From Asterias rubens (taxonomy: Eukaryota), in contig NC_047081.1 in NCBI RefSeq assembly GCF_902459465.1, forward strand, positions 4,712,001-4,776,000: 64,000 nucleotides of DNA, read 5' to 3'. Made by a program: the position numbers and the translations under genes. Each line of letters opens with the position of its first letter. Position 1 is the stretch's first letter. The notes beneath the pieces are model-generated. The model was not told the DNA's origin. It made no database searches and worked only from the letters and a program-made list of their open reading frames with translations. Below, in pieces: positions 38,825-51,671 of this stretch.

Positions 38825-40640
38825 TTAAAGACAGTGGACACTATTGGTAATTGTCAAAGACCAGTCTTCTAACTTGGTGTATATATCAACATATGCATAA
38901 AATAACAAACCTGTGAAAATTTGAGCTCGATTGGTCGTCGGAGTTGCGAGATAACTATGAAAGAAAAGAACACCCTTGTCACACGAAGTTGTGTGCTTTT
39001 AGATTTTTGATTTCGAGACCTCAAATTCTAAACTTGAGGTCTCGAAATCAAATTCGTGGAAAACTACTTCTTTCTCGAAAACTGTGTCACTTCAGAGGGA
39101 GCCTTTTCTCACAATGTTTTATATTATCAACTTCTCCCCGGTGACTGCTCTATGTTCCGACACCCCTATGTTCCGACACCCCTATGTTCCGAAACCCCTA
39201 TGTTCCGACAACTCCTATGTTCCGACAACTCAACCTATAATCCGACACCCCTATGTTCCGACACCCCTATATTCCGACACCCCTATGTTCCGACACCCAT
39301 TTATTCCGACAACCAAAACACCCCTATGTTCCGACACCCATATGTTCCGACAACCTGCACCAACATTTTGTGTTAGCAATTTTTCAAGAAAAACGGTGCG
39401 AGTATAATTTATATGAAAAGTGTTATTCTGCAACTTTGGTTTAGTAAGAAGTGCTGAGTAAATGGGGGGGGGGGGGGGGGGTAGACTTGATTATTTGTTA
39501 TTATTAATTGTTAACGTATTATTATTACTTGTATTATTATAAATAAATAAAAAATTGGGGGGGGGGCAAATGAAAGAAATTACACATCGGCGCTAAAAAC
39601 GCAGGGGAGAGTTGTAATTTTTATAAATTATGAAGGCTCGCATCTAACAAAGGAAATTGTAAAGTACCGAGCATTTTCTTGTGGGCTTACTCGGGGAGCC
39701 ACAACTCATGTTTATAACCACAAAACAAAAGCACCAAATTCATGTGTGATTCAATTATCTTAATTTTGATTCAATCACTTTAAACAAACAATTAACAAAA
39801 TTCAACTGATGATTGTTCAAACTTATTACCGGCCGAAATTCGCCGGGCAACATGTAATACAACTTGTGTTTGTGTTATTGGTCAACAGAGTAACAATGTG
39901 CGAATATAACTTGTCGGAACATAGGGGTGTCGGAACATAGGGGTGTCGGAATATAGGGGTGTCAGAACATAGGGGTGTCGGAATATAGGTTCAGTTGTCG
40001 GAACATAGGGGTGTCGGAATATAGGGGTGTCGGAATATAGGGGTGTCGGAACATAGGGATGTCGGAATATAGGCTGAGTTGTCGGAACATAGGGGTGTAG
40101 GAACATAGGGGTGTCGGAACATAGGGGTGTCGGAACATAGGGGTGTCGGAATATAGGGGTGTCGGAACATAGGGGTGTCGGAACATAGGGGTGTCGGAAC
40201 ATAGGGGTGTCGGAATATAGGGGTGTCGGAACATAGGGGTGTCGGAACATAGGGGTGTTGGAACATAGGGGTGTCGGAACATAGGGGTGTCGGAATATAG
40301 GCTGAGTTGTCGGAACATAGGGGTGTCGGAACATAGGGGTGTCGGAATATAGGGGTGTCGGAACATAGGGGTGTCGGAACATAGGGGTGTCGGAACATAG
40401 GGTTGTCGGAACATAGGGGTGTCGGAATATAGGCTGAGTTGTCGGAACATAGGGGTGTCGGAATATAGGGGTGTCGGAACATAGGGGTGTCGGAACATAG
40501 GGGTGTCGGAACATAGGGGTGTCGGAACATAGGGGTGTCAGAACATAGGGGTGTACCCTTTTCCCCATTACTTGTTACCAATTGAGGTTTGATGTCGATA
40601 ATTATTTTGAGTAATTACCAATAGTATCCACTGCCTTTAA
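38825..40640 (+). mobile_element. Family A MITE split by a nested insertion (pieces 38825-39139 and 40558-40640)
   Basis: Left piece ends ...tatcaacttctcccc. Right piece resumes cttttccccattacttg...aattaccaatagtatccactgcctTTAA. Confidence 0.92.
39140..40557. mobile_element. Foldback/TU-like element with inverted arms made of 15-bp tandem repeats
   Basis: Left arm (ctatgttccgacacc/c)n at 39149-39352; right arm is the reverse complement (gtcggaacatagggg/t)n at 39913-40553. Termini GGT...ACC. 9-bp TSD cttctcccc (39131-39139) / cttttcccc (40558-40566). Confidence 0.88.
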
Positions 40641-42497
40641 TATACACTGAAGGCAACATTTGACACATTTTATATCATTTTTATGTTTAAAAACATTTGT
40701 CAAGGTAACATTGTTTATTTAGTTAAAGGTACGCTTTGTGGAGAAAACTAAGGAAACAAACCAACTATAAGAGCAATATACTAAATTTTACCCTATTTAT
40801 ATTTTAAATTATTCAATAAAGGCTTGTTTTATTTGATTCGTTATTACCACATTTTATTTGGGCTTGAATTGTGAGCTCTGGTAGGTTCTGATGAATCTTC
40901 TCACGCCGTCCAGTTGACATTATTCTCCATTCGATAAATCTGAAAGTACACCTCTTTTCTGGCCACGTCTGAGACCATATCAATCACATGATGGACGTGG
41001 GAAGCCCACCACCGTGTTGTTTATATAGACACCATTCCCTTTTAAAAAGTGTTAACACAATAAACAATATTGCCTACACGGAACCGTTGAATATTCATAA
41101 ATGCTTAAGCGAATCTTAAAGGAATGGTTGCTCCTCTTACATTAACTGCCTATGGATGGGCGTGTTATCTTTTTAAGCCAACACGTGGTTCCGTTTTTAG
41201 TACTTTTATTTTTGTGTAAATATTTATATATTTATATATATTTAAAATACAACCAGGCAGTACCTATCAAAATGGATGACGTATCAAGTTTGACGATGTG
41301 TCAGAAAGTTGATGCTTGACTGTGACACAGCAGTGCAAAGTGTGGTTGTGTTGGCCCTTTAATGTGATTAATGACGTGATTTGTCTTTGACGCAGACGAA
41401 GCTGGGTATCTGATACCACGCTGGAAAAGTGTGTTTTTATAAATGTACAGAGTGATAATAATATCTGATAGCGATTTAGCGCTGTTACAATTCTCATCAT
41501 ACTTATTGCACTCATCGTTGGATTGTTGGACCAAGGTTGCACCAAGTTTGAAACAAGCAAAACATATCCCTACAAGTATATCTCTTATCGTGGAATGCAA
41601 TGCAATGGCTGGGGGAATAGATGATCACAACTCTCTTTGTAAAAAAAAATATATATGTAGTTTGTTATGAAAGGCTTTCTTGTGTCCTTTAGGATATATT
41701 GGATGCATCATTAACAATCTCAGATGCTCAACATTAAACAAAGATCTGACTGTGTTTGTCTTCAGGTATAGGTTTACAATAATCAGGGAGTAGGGGAAAT
41801 AATCGAAAAGAATTGGAGAAAACAAGATTGATGTGACTCGAGGAAAGGTCGTGAACATTAGAGAGGTGGGCGTCTAGCCTATACAGTTATATTTATAGGC
41901 CTTTAATACAATTAATTTTTTTAATGTTACATTAACGCATACAATACAAGCTCACACATTAACCTTTCAGCAGAATCGATTCGATTTCCAATCCTGATCT
42001 GTATCAACATAAAAGACGTGTATTTCGCTGGTTCTCATCTATGTCAATGATTCTATTACTTAGTCACGTCTCAGTCAGTATGACGTCACATACGGCCTTC
42101 AGTGGATGCATGCATTATGTTTAAGACAAGAACAACAAGATATATTCAATACATGACGTACTTTCCAGAGTTCAGTCGATATAAATAAATACATTTATAA
42201 ATATATTTCACTTACGGTTTTAATTGATAAGGTTTTAAGAGCTTAAATAATAGGCCAGCTTATTGCACCCTATAGTTTAGCGGTATTCTTTCAATAAGCT
42301 TGGGTGTTTAGGTTCTTAAGGCCTTATAAACAAGTTCACCATCAGGGAGATTTGTTCTAATTTCTTAAAACTCTGAGTTTATAGCCTACTAGAAGTTGTT
42401 AATGTGTGTTCATATGTAATACATACAGTAATTTAGGTTTACCGTACTTTGTTTGTTACGTGTCGGACGATAAGTTAAAATTTTAATTTTGGTTAAC

Positions 42498-42798
42498 AAA
42501 CAAAATTAATGTTCTTTATCTCCGATGCAAATTTAACATCTATTATATCGTTGCGGTACCCGCTGCCAAAACATAGGATTCGAACTGCCTCTAGCTACCG
42601 GGTAACTTCGGTAGTCTAGTTGGTAAGACACTGCTCTAGAATTGCAAGGGTCGTGGGTTCGAATCCCACCCGAGTAACATGCATGTGATTTTTTTTCACA
42701 GGACTCGGGAAAGTGCTGAGTATACAGTACTTACACACATCGGTGTATGGGTAAAAAACAAAATTAATATTCTTTATCACCGATGCAAATTTAACATC
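42498..42798 (+). mobile_element. tRNA-derived SINE-like element bounded by 43-bp direct repeats
   Basis: Cloverleaf-like 42605-42677: D stem gtct/agac, T stem gtggg-ttcgaat-cccac, A and B boxes. Repeats at 42498-42540 and 42756-42798 (2 mismatches). Confidence 0.7.
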
Positions 42799-43131
42799 AA
42801 GTTTGAATTTGTTTTAAATGTTTATTTTTATTTTGACATGCATGTATTACATTGCAGTGCAGTACACTAGCACCTTACATGTTGTTTAATGATGATCTGT
42901 TCTGAATACATACAAACGTGATTCTTGACCCGGCTCCAATTATTCTTCAACGGCTTTCTAGGCTTTCTTTTAGGTTTCCACCTAGCTCCAAATATGTGTT
43001 GATAGCTGAAAAAATGACGGACGAAAATATCGCTATGAATAATAATCATGTCTGTCAAAAACAACGAAGCTCACTAGTCAATCTAGTTAAATGGTGCTGC
43101 AGTTCTGAAGGGAGGCTTGATCAAGTTAGTG

Positions 43132-43303
43132 TATAAATAGGAGTTCAAATCGATAACATTCTGTCAAAAAAAACCGTCAGCTTTTGGCGGTCGTCTATAC
43201 ATAAAAGCTCTTTTCGAGTTTTAATTTATACCTTGAAAAACATGAAAACCGATGACGTCATTGGAAACTTGTGCATAGTCATTGTGCGCAGACACAGGTG
43301 AGT
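43132..43303 (+). promoter_or_regulatory. Candidate TATA promoter and non-coding first exon of NDNF
   Basis: TATAAATA at 43132-43139, Inr-like CATTCT at ~43157, palindromic TGACGTCA at 43253-43260, consensus donor CAG|GTGAGT at 43298. The NDNF ATG exon begins at a splice acceptor, so an upstream exon is required. Linkage is inferred. Confidence 0.45.
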
Positions 43304-44650
43304 TCCGGCTATGGTTTTTATCATCACCCGTTATCTCCATTAACATCTATAGGCCCCCTATCCATATTGAAACAAAGATATATGCAGATGTTCTTGTGTC
43401 AACTTTACTTCTTGAACAGAGACTACTCAACAATTTGAACCCGTCAAGGCCAAAGCTCATATTCCACAACAATAATAACTGAAACAAACGGATATACTAT
43501 CGCTTGCATTTGAATATCCATTTGAATAGGCCATACATAAATGGCAAAGCATGTCCACACTACGAACATGTACCTAGCAATGTCATTGAACGGTTCCATA
43601 CTTTGAGCAAGTCCATGTTCTATGATCTGATGAAGCGGTATAGTTATTACGAATTATACTTAGTAATATGCAAGACTGAGATTCGAAACTTCCTCTTTCT
43701 TTCTCACCCTTTTCGTCCCCTTTCGTTTGTTTGTTAAAATTAAAGAAAGGACTGCAATTTGCAACGTATAATAGAAACACAAGGAAGCCTAATAAACATG
43801 ATAGTCGTTTGGCCGTCAACGTCCTACCATTTAGATAATCAGCTTTTAATTGATATTTCCAGTTTTAGATGTCCATTGTGTTTTGTTACCAGACACTTGT
43901 ATAGGTTGTATAAGGTGGTATGCGTGCTTAGTCCCTGGTACCAGCCTTCAGTACAGTATTTTACTTGAGCTTAACCAGATCACCACCAGCTGCAACCTAC
44001 TACTATTCACGCACACCTGTCGCAAAGCTGATTAGCTGGCAACACATGTGCTTTTACACCGAGTAAATCACTGATGTATCGCCAAACGCCGACCGGGGGT
44101 TACTTTCAGGTTAATGGTGGGCTCTGGAAATATACAACAGGGAATTCGGTCATTTAGTGTCAAACCTATTTTATAACTCATAAAATAACTTTTTAGTCTG
44201 CATGAACACATTTTGTTTTGTTCTGTACCATCTACGATTACTTACGGGTAAAATGTTTAAATTGATCTGTGCACTGTTGTTTGCAGTGAGAATGTTGAGG
44301 CAGTGTGTACTTTGTGTAATTACTCCCGTAAAACTTGGAAAGGATCACCGGAGAGATGTAGAAACGACCCTGTGAAGTAATATAGTTTTTGATCTTGACC
44401 TTGATATTTTTACTGCACAAATCGCAATAGATGTGGCTGTTGACGTGCAGTCCCACATGTTTTTTGGGGTTATTTTTCCACCCCAAAAATAATATGAAAA
44501 CGAGAAAGGCTTCCGCAGTGCACCCTTTATATGAAAGCACACAATTCTATGCAACGCGGGTGTTTCGCGGGTGTTTTCACTTCTGTCATTGTTTTCTTGC
44601 AACTTCGATGACAAACTTAGCCCATATCATTTCCACTGGATTGTTATGTT

Positions 44651-45027
44651 GGCACTATTGGTAATTGTCAAAGACCAGTCTTCTCACTTTGTGTATCTCA
44701 ACCTATGCATGAAATAACAAACCTGTGAACATTTGAACTCAATTGGTCGTCGAAGTTGCGAGATAATAATGAAAGAAAAAAACGCCCTTGTCACGCGAAG
44801 TTGTGTGCATTTAGATGCTTGATTTCGATACCTCAAATTCCAAATCTGAGGTCTCGAAATCAAATTTGTGGAAATCTACTTCTTGCTGGAAAACTATACT
44901 TCACTTCAGAGGGAGCCGTTTCTCACAATGTTTTACACTATCAACCTCTCCCCATTACACGTAATCAAGAAAGGTTTTATGATAATAATTATTTTGAGTA
45001 ATTACCAATAGTGTCCACTGCCTTTAA
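44651..45027 (+). mobile_element. Family A MITE
   Basis: ggcactattggtaattgtcaaagaccag...aattaccaatagtgtccactgcctTTAA. Confidence 0.92.
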
Positions 45028-45284
45028 GCTTGTCTAATAGAGGAACCGTCTTTATGGTATGATCACAGAGGCTCTGAAAGCTCACACCCTCCACATCTAT
45101 CCCCTGAATAGATGTTACACAATTTAATATACTTTCTCTTACTGAAGGGTATATCAAACGGCGCGTGCGAGCACATGGTGAGTAAGGGGTGTCTATTAAG
45201 TGCCATTCCTTGCAGGGTGTTAATCCATTACACGTGTGCTCCTCTAGAAGCAACGAGTAGTAAAACATAATAACGAGTGATTTG

Positions 45285-45545
45285 TTGTGATAACTAGCGA
45301 TTAGTTGTGATAACTAGTGATTGGTGGAATAACTAGTGATTAGTGGGATAACTAATGTTTAAGGGGTAATGGTGATTAGTGGGATAACTATAATAACTAG
45401 TGGATAACTTGTAATTAGTTGTGCTAACTAATGATGGGTGGGATAACTAGTGATTAGTGGGATATTAAACTAATGTTTAAGGGGTAACTAGTGATAAGTG
45501 CTGATAACTTTAATGATTAGTGGGTAACTAGTGGTTAGTTACGAT
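45285..45545. repeat. Degenerate ~19-bp tandem repeat
   Basis: Recurrent (g)ataactagtgattagtgg(g) units containing ACTAGT, with two aatgtttaaggggtaa interruptions. Confidence 0.8.
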
Positions 45546-48500
45546 ATCTTTTGGTTAGTTGTTACATGGAGGAAGGAGTTGTAATGACACAGAAAATGCA
45601 GCGTATCATCAAACACTAGGATCTGGGTCAGACCTCTGGTTCCAACCAATAAGGTAGAATCTTGGTGTCCAAAAAGGAACAAGGATACAAACTGTGAGCA
45701 AACGAACATGATATTGGTTGTTATCAACCGAGCACAGTTTGAATTACATATTCTTGTGAATTCATCAGACTTTCTTGAAGTGATGACTAGAGAATCTTTA
45801 ATTTAGATAAAGTTTGATGGAGTTGAACTATACTCGTGGTAGTCTGTGAAATAGCAGTACGCATACATTAAAGGGTCTATGTACACAAAACACAATGTCC
45901 ACAGATTTAAAGTTTGACGATAATGATAGTAAACGCTGCCATTAAATTATTACCTACTGATGCGCTGTAGTTTGAGAGATTGTTAATACTATGTCACGAA
46001 AATAATTTGCGTCTCAGTTTTAGCATGTAAAAATGTATTAACCAGTTATGGTAATATCATAACTACAATATCATAACTGGTTATCAATTTAATACGTTAT
46101 GCTAAAATATTTATCATTTGAGACGAAAACTATTTTGTGACTTGTTTTGCTAATTTCTCAAAAGCTACAGCACTCAAGTAAGTAATAATATTTGAAGGGA
46201 AGCTTTATACTCCATTATCTTCAAACCGTGTTGTTTTAATGTAAATCGGTGGTCGTCTTTAAAAAGTACCCGAATCCATTAAGCTAGTACATTTAGGCCT
46301 ACAATGTATGCTCCTACGTGTTCTCTGACATTCGACGTACGGATGGATGCCAGTAATGTGTCCAGGACGGGCATAAGGAAATGCACGGTTTCAATAGAGG
46401 GGTTCAATCAGAGGCCATTGTAATTTGCGCGCTGTATACAGCGTGTAGCCTAGGAGTGGGGTCGAGGAAATGGGCCATTGCATGGACATATCGACGTCAC
46501 AGCTGTTACTACGTCATCAAATACAGCCAACACCACAGAAGATAACCACGCACTTTAGCATTGCACAATATCCAGCCCGTAACTAACCAGCATCAATTAA
46601 TCACTGACAGCTAATAGCTATACCCTATCGTAACTTCATTAATTTCAGTAACCAATTGTTGTTTCCATGTGCTTTACATTTGTAAGTCGGTATTCTTTTC
46701 CGAAGACGTTTTAAATTTTTTTTTATTGGAAACACCCTAAGGGGGGGGGGGGGGGGGGCTCCTGCAAGCTCAAAACCTTATAGTTAAACCGTATTTCCAT
46801 CATGGAAGTTTGAAATAATAAAATGTATTGTATTGTATTGTACTCCATTAATACTGTGTTTAGTGTAATGTAGTGTACTATGTATTTTGATGCAGGGACA
46901 AATCCCATAACCCTCGGTAGGGTTACATTATGTAAATAACAACAAGTATAACTTGACATAAAATAATAACAGTTCTCTCAACGATCATGTTTATGCATTA
47001 TATCACTTTTAACTACCATACAATGTAATCACCTTACAATTTTTTTTTTTTTAAGTTTAAATTAAAAAAACGAAAAAAAAAAAAAAAAACCGCCAACACA
47101 GAGCTATAGATATCTCAGTTGCTTCTAATCCCGCTTTAGTATTTTTCTTTGTTCAGCCCAAATTTGAAAAGAAAAAAACCTATTGGATTGAGTCAATCTA
47201 AAAACTTGTACATAATGGTTGGTGCATGAGACTAGTTTTTTATTAACCGTACTGCGGGAATATATCTCTTTGTGTAGTTGGCATTGTGGCATTTTGTACA
47301 GTTCAGATTGTAACTACGCATATTGGATGACCATACACTGGAGCTTTCCAACTAAGTTACATCACTAACAGCTCAACTTGACTTTCTTACTTCTTTCAAC
47401 GAGAACTTACTTGAAACATTAAGTCATTCAACATGATCAACTGATCAAGACTTTATAATTTTCCCCACCGCCAAAAATATTACCATCAATTTTCTTTCTC
47501 AGACGAAGCAATAACGAGCGGAATGTGTGTCTGGCTTATTCGAGAGACCGTGCTATTCAGTAGGGAAGCTTAAATCATCATTTGTCTTCATCTTCTCGTT
47601 TCCACTCCAGGGAGTGGAAATTTATTCTCTAAAGTTATTGGAAATATTAAGGAAAGGAAGGACACTCTGTAACTCTAGAACTTCAAGACCTTTTTTATAG
47701 TGCCCAATAAAGTGGGCAATTGTAAATTACAAGTGGTTTTAATAACGACGCTGCGACGGTTTGCTATCATATTACCCAATGCGTCTAATGTATAAAAAAA
47801 AAAAAAAACTCTATCAACTCGGCAACGGCTGAGGCCTGTTCAAATAAACTACTGGGATTGTCTTTGAAAAAATCCGAAATTATATATTAGAGAATTCCAT
47901 AGGAATGCCTTGGTACACATTCAAATGGTATTGATTGATGTATTTTTGTTTCTGTAAAACTAGTGGTTTTATAGTGACCAAAATCGATTAGAGAATGATT
48001 GTATACTTGGAAGAAACCAATCAGCATCACAACATGATCAAAACAAATAGACTTTTAAAAAGTCCTTAATTACATGCTGATTAATAGTTTCTCATGAGGT
48101 TTTTGCTAAAGAAAAGGGAAGTAATTTGATTTGACCTTTATTATAGGCCTATCTGTTTCAATTTGCCATTGCGAAATAATGAACATGTTGTCTTCAGGTG
48201 TCATAGACCTATTAGACTAACCAATATTCGCGTGCTCGAGGTTAAACATGAAGACTGCCAGAAAGTTCTGGTGCGAGCCACACCGGCTGGTTGTGGGCGT
48301 CGGTCACCCATCGCTGCCGGTGTTTGTCCGCGGGGAGGCTCCTAGTTCCAGGCGACTTACTGACGGTAAGACCCGACCTGCTCAGGATCCTTGTCTTCCC
48401 GCATGATTCAAGCATTCAATCACGCTTCGGTGGACGATATGAAATTGAAATAGATGAACTTGATTTTAGTAACGGATGATACGTCTAAATGAAATAATTG

Positions 48501-48719
48501 TTCTCTTTATTTACGTTGATTTAGAATGATCGCATAGCCTCATCTGCTATAATGTATCTTATAGTACAGTCTTGGGGCATATTAAAGCCTTACTCCTGTC
48601 AACATTTTTAGGTCATTGTATTTTTATTTCCTACAATGTGTTTTAGCGTGTGTCGTAGTATTTGACGAACTTCAGTCATATAGATGTCTAGCTGTGTTGC
48701 TGCCAACTGCACACATGGG

Positions 48720-49490
48720 CAACCAGCAGGAGACGTCAGTTCTAGTTAGAACTCTTCGTTTAGCGGACGACGTTTAGCGGACTTCTCGCCTACCATGCGT
48801 CCCGTAGCCGGCGTGTCTACTCCGGGCATCCGCTCCAGTGCCTGATGCCCTCCGTACAACCAGATTTAACTATTTCATCGTAAAGAAAACTTTTGAGTTT
48901 CTCCTGCTTGCCAGCTTTGTAGTCGTCGTTGAGACTCGCCCGGATGTTCCGGGACGGGATACCGTGCTGGTTTGATCTCCGGAAGTTGAGTTGAGTTAAG
49001 AACCTGCGTGCCCATACAACCAGCAACGTGTCATCCAGCCTCAACTAGCGAGAGACCAGTGTAAATAGCCATCGGCTTACACCAGGGCATGTCATTCGGG
49101 GGTGCGAGAAGCTTCCATCAAGAACTTATCCAGCCGCATACTTGTTGGTTTTAACCATCATCTTTATCATAAAGAAAATTTGACCGGGATTATCAGCTGT
49201 GTAAATCCAACGTGTACGTCAACTGCTACTGATGCTGTAGAGCATCATTGTAGGTTGCTCTTCATCATCACTGGTCACCGAGGCCAACGCAACGCACACC
49301 AAGCCAGTTGCTAACTAACTTGTGCAATAAACCATTGAGTCACGTCCGTAAAGAAGTCTCACAGAGCACTTTTGGCCTCCCTGAGTCTAGGTTGGATGAT
49401 CCCATAGTACCTTGTGTCATAAAGCAATAACTGCTCCAGCAGTCTAGACAGTGTCAGCCGTGGAAATAAAACGTTCTTCAAAAAGTAAGT
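48720..49490 (+). other. GC/CpG-rich segment ending in a strong splice donor; alternative candidate 5' UTR exon of NDNF
   Basis: Visibly richer in GC and CpG than its flanks. Inr-like TCAGTT at 48736, AAA|GTAAGT at 49485, followed by AT-rich sequence. Confidence 0.3.
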
Positions 49491-50244
49491 TGAAACTGAA
49501 TAATTGTATATTTCTAAAAAATCAAGTTCTATGCTTGAAAACCCGATTGCGCTTTACGTGTCAGTGTGTTAATTCTAAAGATGATTGGAGGAGATTGTAC
49601 ATAATAGGCAAGTACAAGGAAATGTGGCTCATTGTGTTAGTTGTGAATTGCCAGGGATGAATTGGTGATTGTAAGATTACTTAATTGCTGTGGAAAAGCT
49701 TGATATTGGTTAGCAGCCTCCTCAAAATGTTCAATCGCGAATATGCCAGGTATGTCATTATCAAGGATAACACTTAATGTGAGTTTGGACAATTAGACAT
49801 GAAGAAGCATCATTGTGAACTCTAAACATGTAAGAATCCCATCGTGATTGTAGCTGCTCATGAATCGAGGAAAAATGTTACAGTTAGTTGTACAATACCT
49901 ATAAATACGTTGTGTACCCAATATGTTGAAGATAATATCTGACTTAGTATACCAAGTAATTAGTTCACATCTCACTGGTAATCGAATATTCGTAATACAA
50001 AAGCCGGGTTCAGCGTTTCAGTTAATGAAGCATCAATGTTGTGTTAATAAATCACCGGGAAAATAGTCCGAGAAAAATTTATGAATGAAGTGTTGATGTG
50101 TTAAGGTCACACACTTATTAACGTTATAGTTTTGGTTATTAGGTAAATCAAGCCTATCAGAAGTATCACTTTCTGACAAAAATCCAAAGTACTAAACTAC
50201 AAGGGAACCTGACTGATAAAGATTGGGTTTGAACAAAGATACAT

Positions 50245-50322
50245 TTACTGGAGCGGGACTTCAACCAACGAACTACGGGATTAACGTTACCGCGGCGCTC
50301 TACCAAGTGAGCTAGCCAACCC
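50245..50322 (-). mobile_element. Degraded tRNA-derived SINE head
   Basis: Reverse complement ggctagctcacttggtagagcgccgcgg...ggttgaagtcccgctcc (A- and B-box-like). Confidence 0.5.
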
Positions 50323-50848
50323 TTTCTGAAATCTTGCCATTCACCAGGTTTGCATATAGAATTCCTTTCTCCATTACACTATCATAAGACACATAAGTAT
50401 ACGAATAACTACTTGTATACTAATACAAATTTGGTATGATATTTGTGTAAGCTTTTTTTTTTCCATTAATAACATAAATGTTGAAGAAGATGTTAGTTTT
50501 CTGAAGCAGTGTTGTAAAAGTTGAATGCATATCGCGGTCAGCGAGTCAGATTCAAGATGTGGTGTTAGAGAGAGTCATATGAGGGCTGGTTCACATCCCG
50601 GTCGTTACACTGTGCTTTTGAGGAACTCATCTGTAATTGGTTCTCTTCACCTGGGAGTGAATGTGTATTTACGAAGTTGGAGATTGTTTATGTGAAATTC
50701 AGTGTGTCCTTCTCTTATAAGGGTAATTTTAACTGCCGGTGGTGCATACTCCTAAGGAGTTGAGATGGAATATGCGTATAGTGTACAACGAACACGGGGC
50801 AATAATATTAACCACTTGCTTCGAGGGGATTGGCTTGAAAAGCGCCTT

Positions 50849-50890
50849 TACAAGGTGTCTCAAAAAACCTATACACTTTTGAAATGACTG
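50849..50890 (+). mobile_element. Possible Tc1/mariner-type terminal repeat (single end)
   Basis: TA|CAAGGTGTCTCAAAAAACCTATACACTTTTGA resembles TA-CAGGGTGTCCCAAAA-type ends; no partner end found. Confidence 0.25.
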
Positions 50891-51321
50891 CCGAATAGCT
50901 GGGGGAAGAAGTTTATATGTATGGATAGCTCGAAATTCGGATATATTATGGGCTCATGACACCAAAAAGTCCGAAAATAGTTTATGATTGGGTGAGCACT
51001 GCTCACTTTTGTAAAGGGTATATGAAAATAAGGTTGCGCAGTAATTAGCCTTCCAATTACTTTGGAGCTTACAAATTCACTCCAAGATGTCGGCTACTTA
51101 TTCTTCAGGGAGCGGTGCTCACACAAGCATGAATTGTTTTAAGACTTGTTGGTGTCATATTAAAGTTGAATCCATAAGCTATCCGTACATCTAGACCCTC
51201 TCCCCCAGAATCATATATTTTTTATTCGGCAGCCATTCCAAAGTGTATATTTTTTTTAGGTACACGGTTAGCGAATAAGGGCCTGGTTATCAATATTTAA
51301 CCCATTAAATTGTTGTAATTG

Positions 51322-51526
51322 TTGTCATGGAAGTGTCGTGGCCGAGTGGATAAGAGCACCGAACTCTGAGGGCAGAGATGGTTCTGGTTTAGCCGAGTAG
51401 CGCATATATTGCGCACAGGCTGTATACTCCCCAGGGAGCTGAGATGGTGTGAGGAATGATTTAAGGCCCAGTGACCAGTGGTAATAATGTCGGAAGCGCT
51501 TTGAGACACCCCTCTGGCGTGAAAAG
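51322..51526 (+). mobile_element. tRNA-derived SINE, internally deleted, running into the gap
   Basis: gtgtcgtggccgagtggataagagcac head, same as the copy at 34265-34411; then ctgtatactccccagggagctgag...aagcgctttgag tail-type sequence. Confidence 0.7.
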
Positions 51527-51671
51527 NNNNNNNNNNNNNNNNNNNNNNNNNNNNNNNNNNNNNNNNNNNNNNNNNNNNNNNNNNNNNNNNNNNNNNNNNN
51601 NNNNNNNNNNNNNNNNNNNNNNNNNNNNNNNNNNNNNNNNNNNNNNNNNNNNNNNNNNNNNNNNNNNNNNN
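51527..51671. other. Assembly gap (145 N)
   Basis: Run of N. Confidence 1.

Noticed and set aside
39056-40581. Repetitive ORFs (PMFRHPYVPTPLCSDT)n
   Set aside because: The 15-bp unit has no stop in several frames; these are the non-coding arms of the foldback-like element.
42605-42677. Functional tRNA-Ser(AGA) gene
   Set aside because: Anticodon and acceptor stems are mispaired and there is no long variable arm as tRNA-Ser requires; the context is SINE-like.
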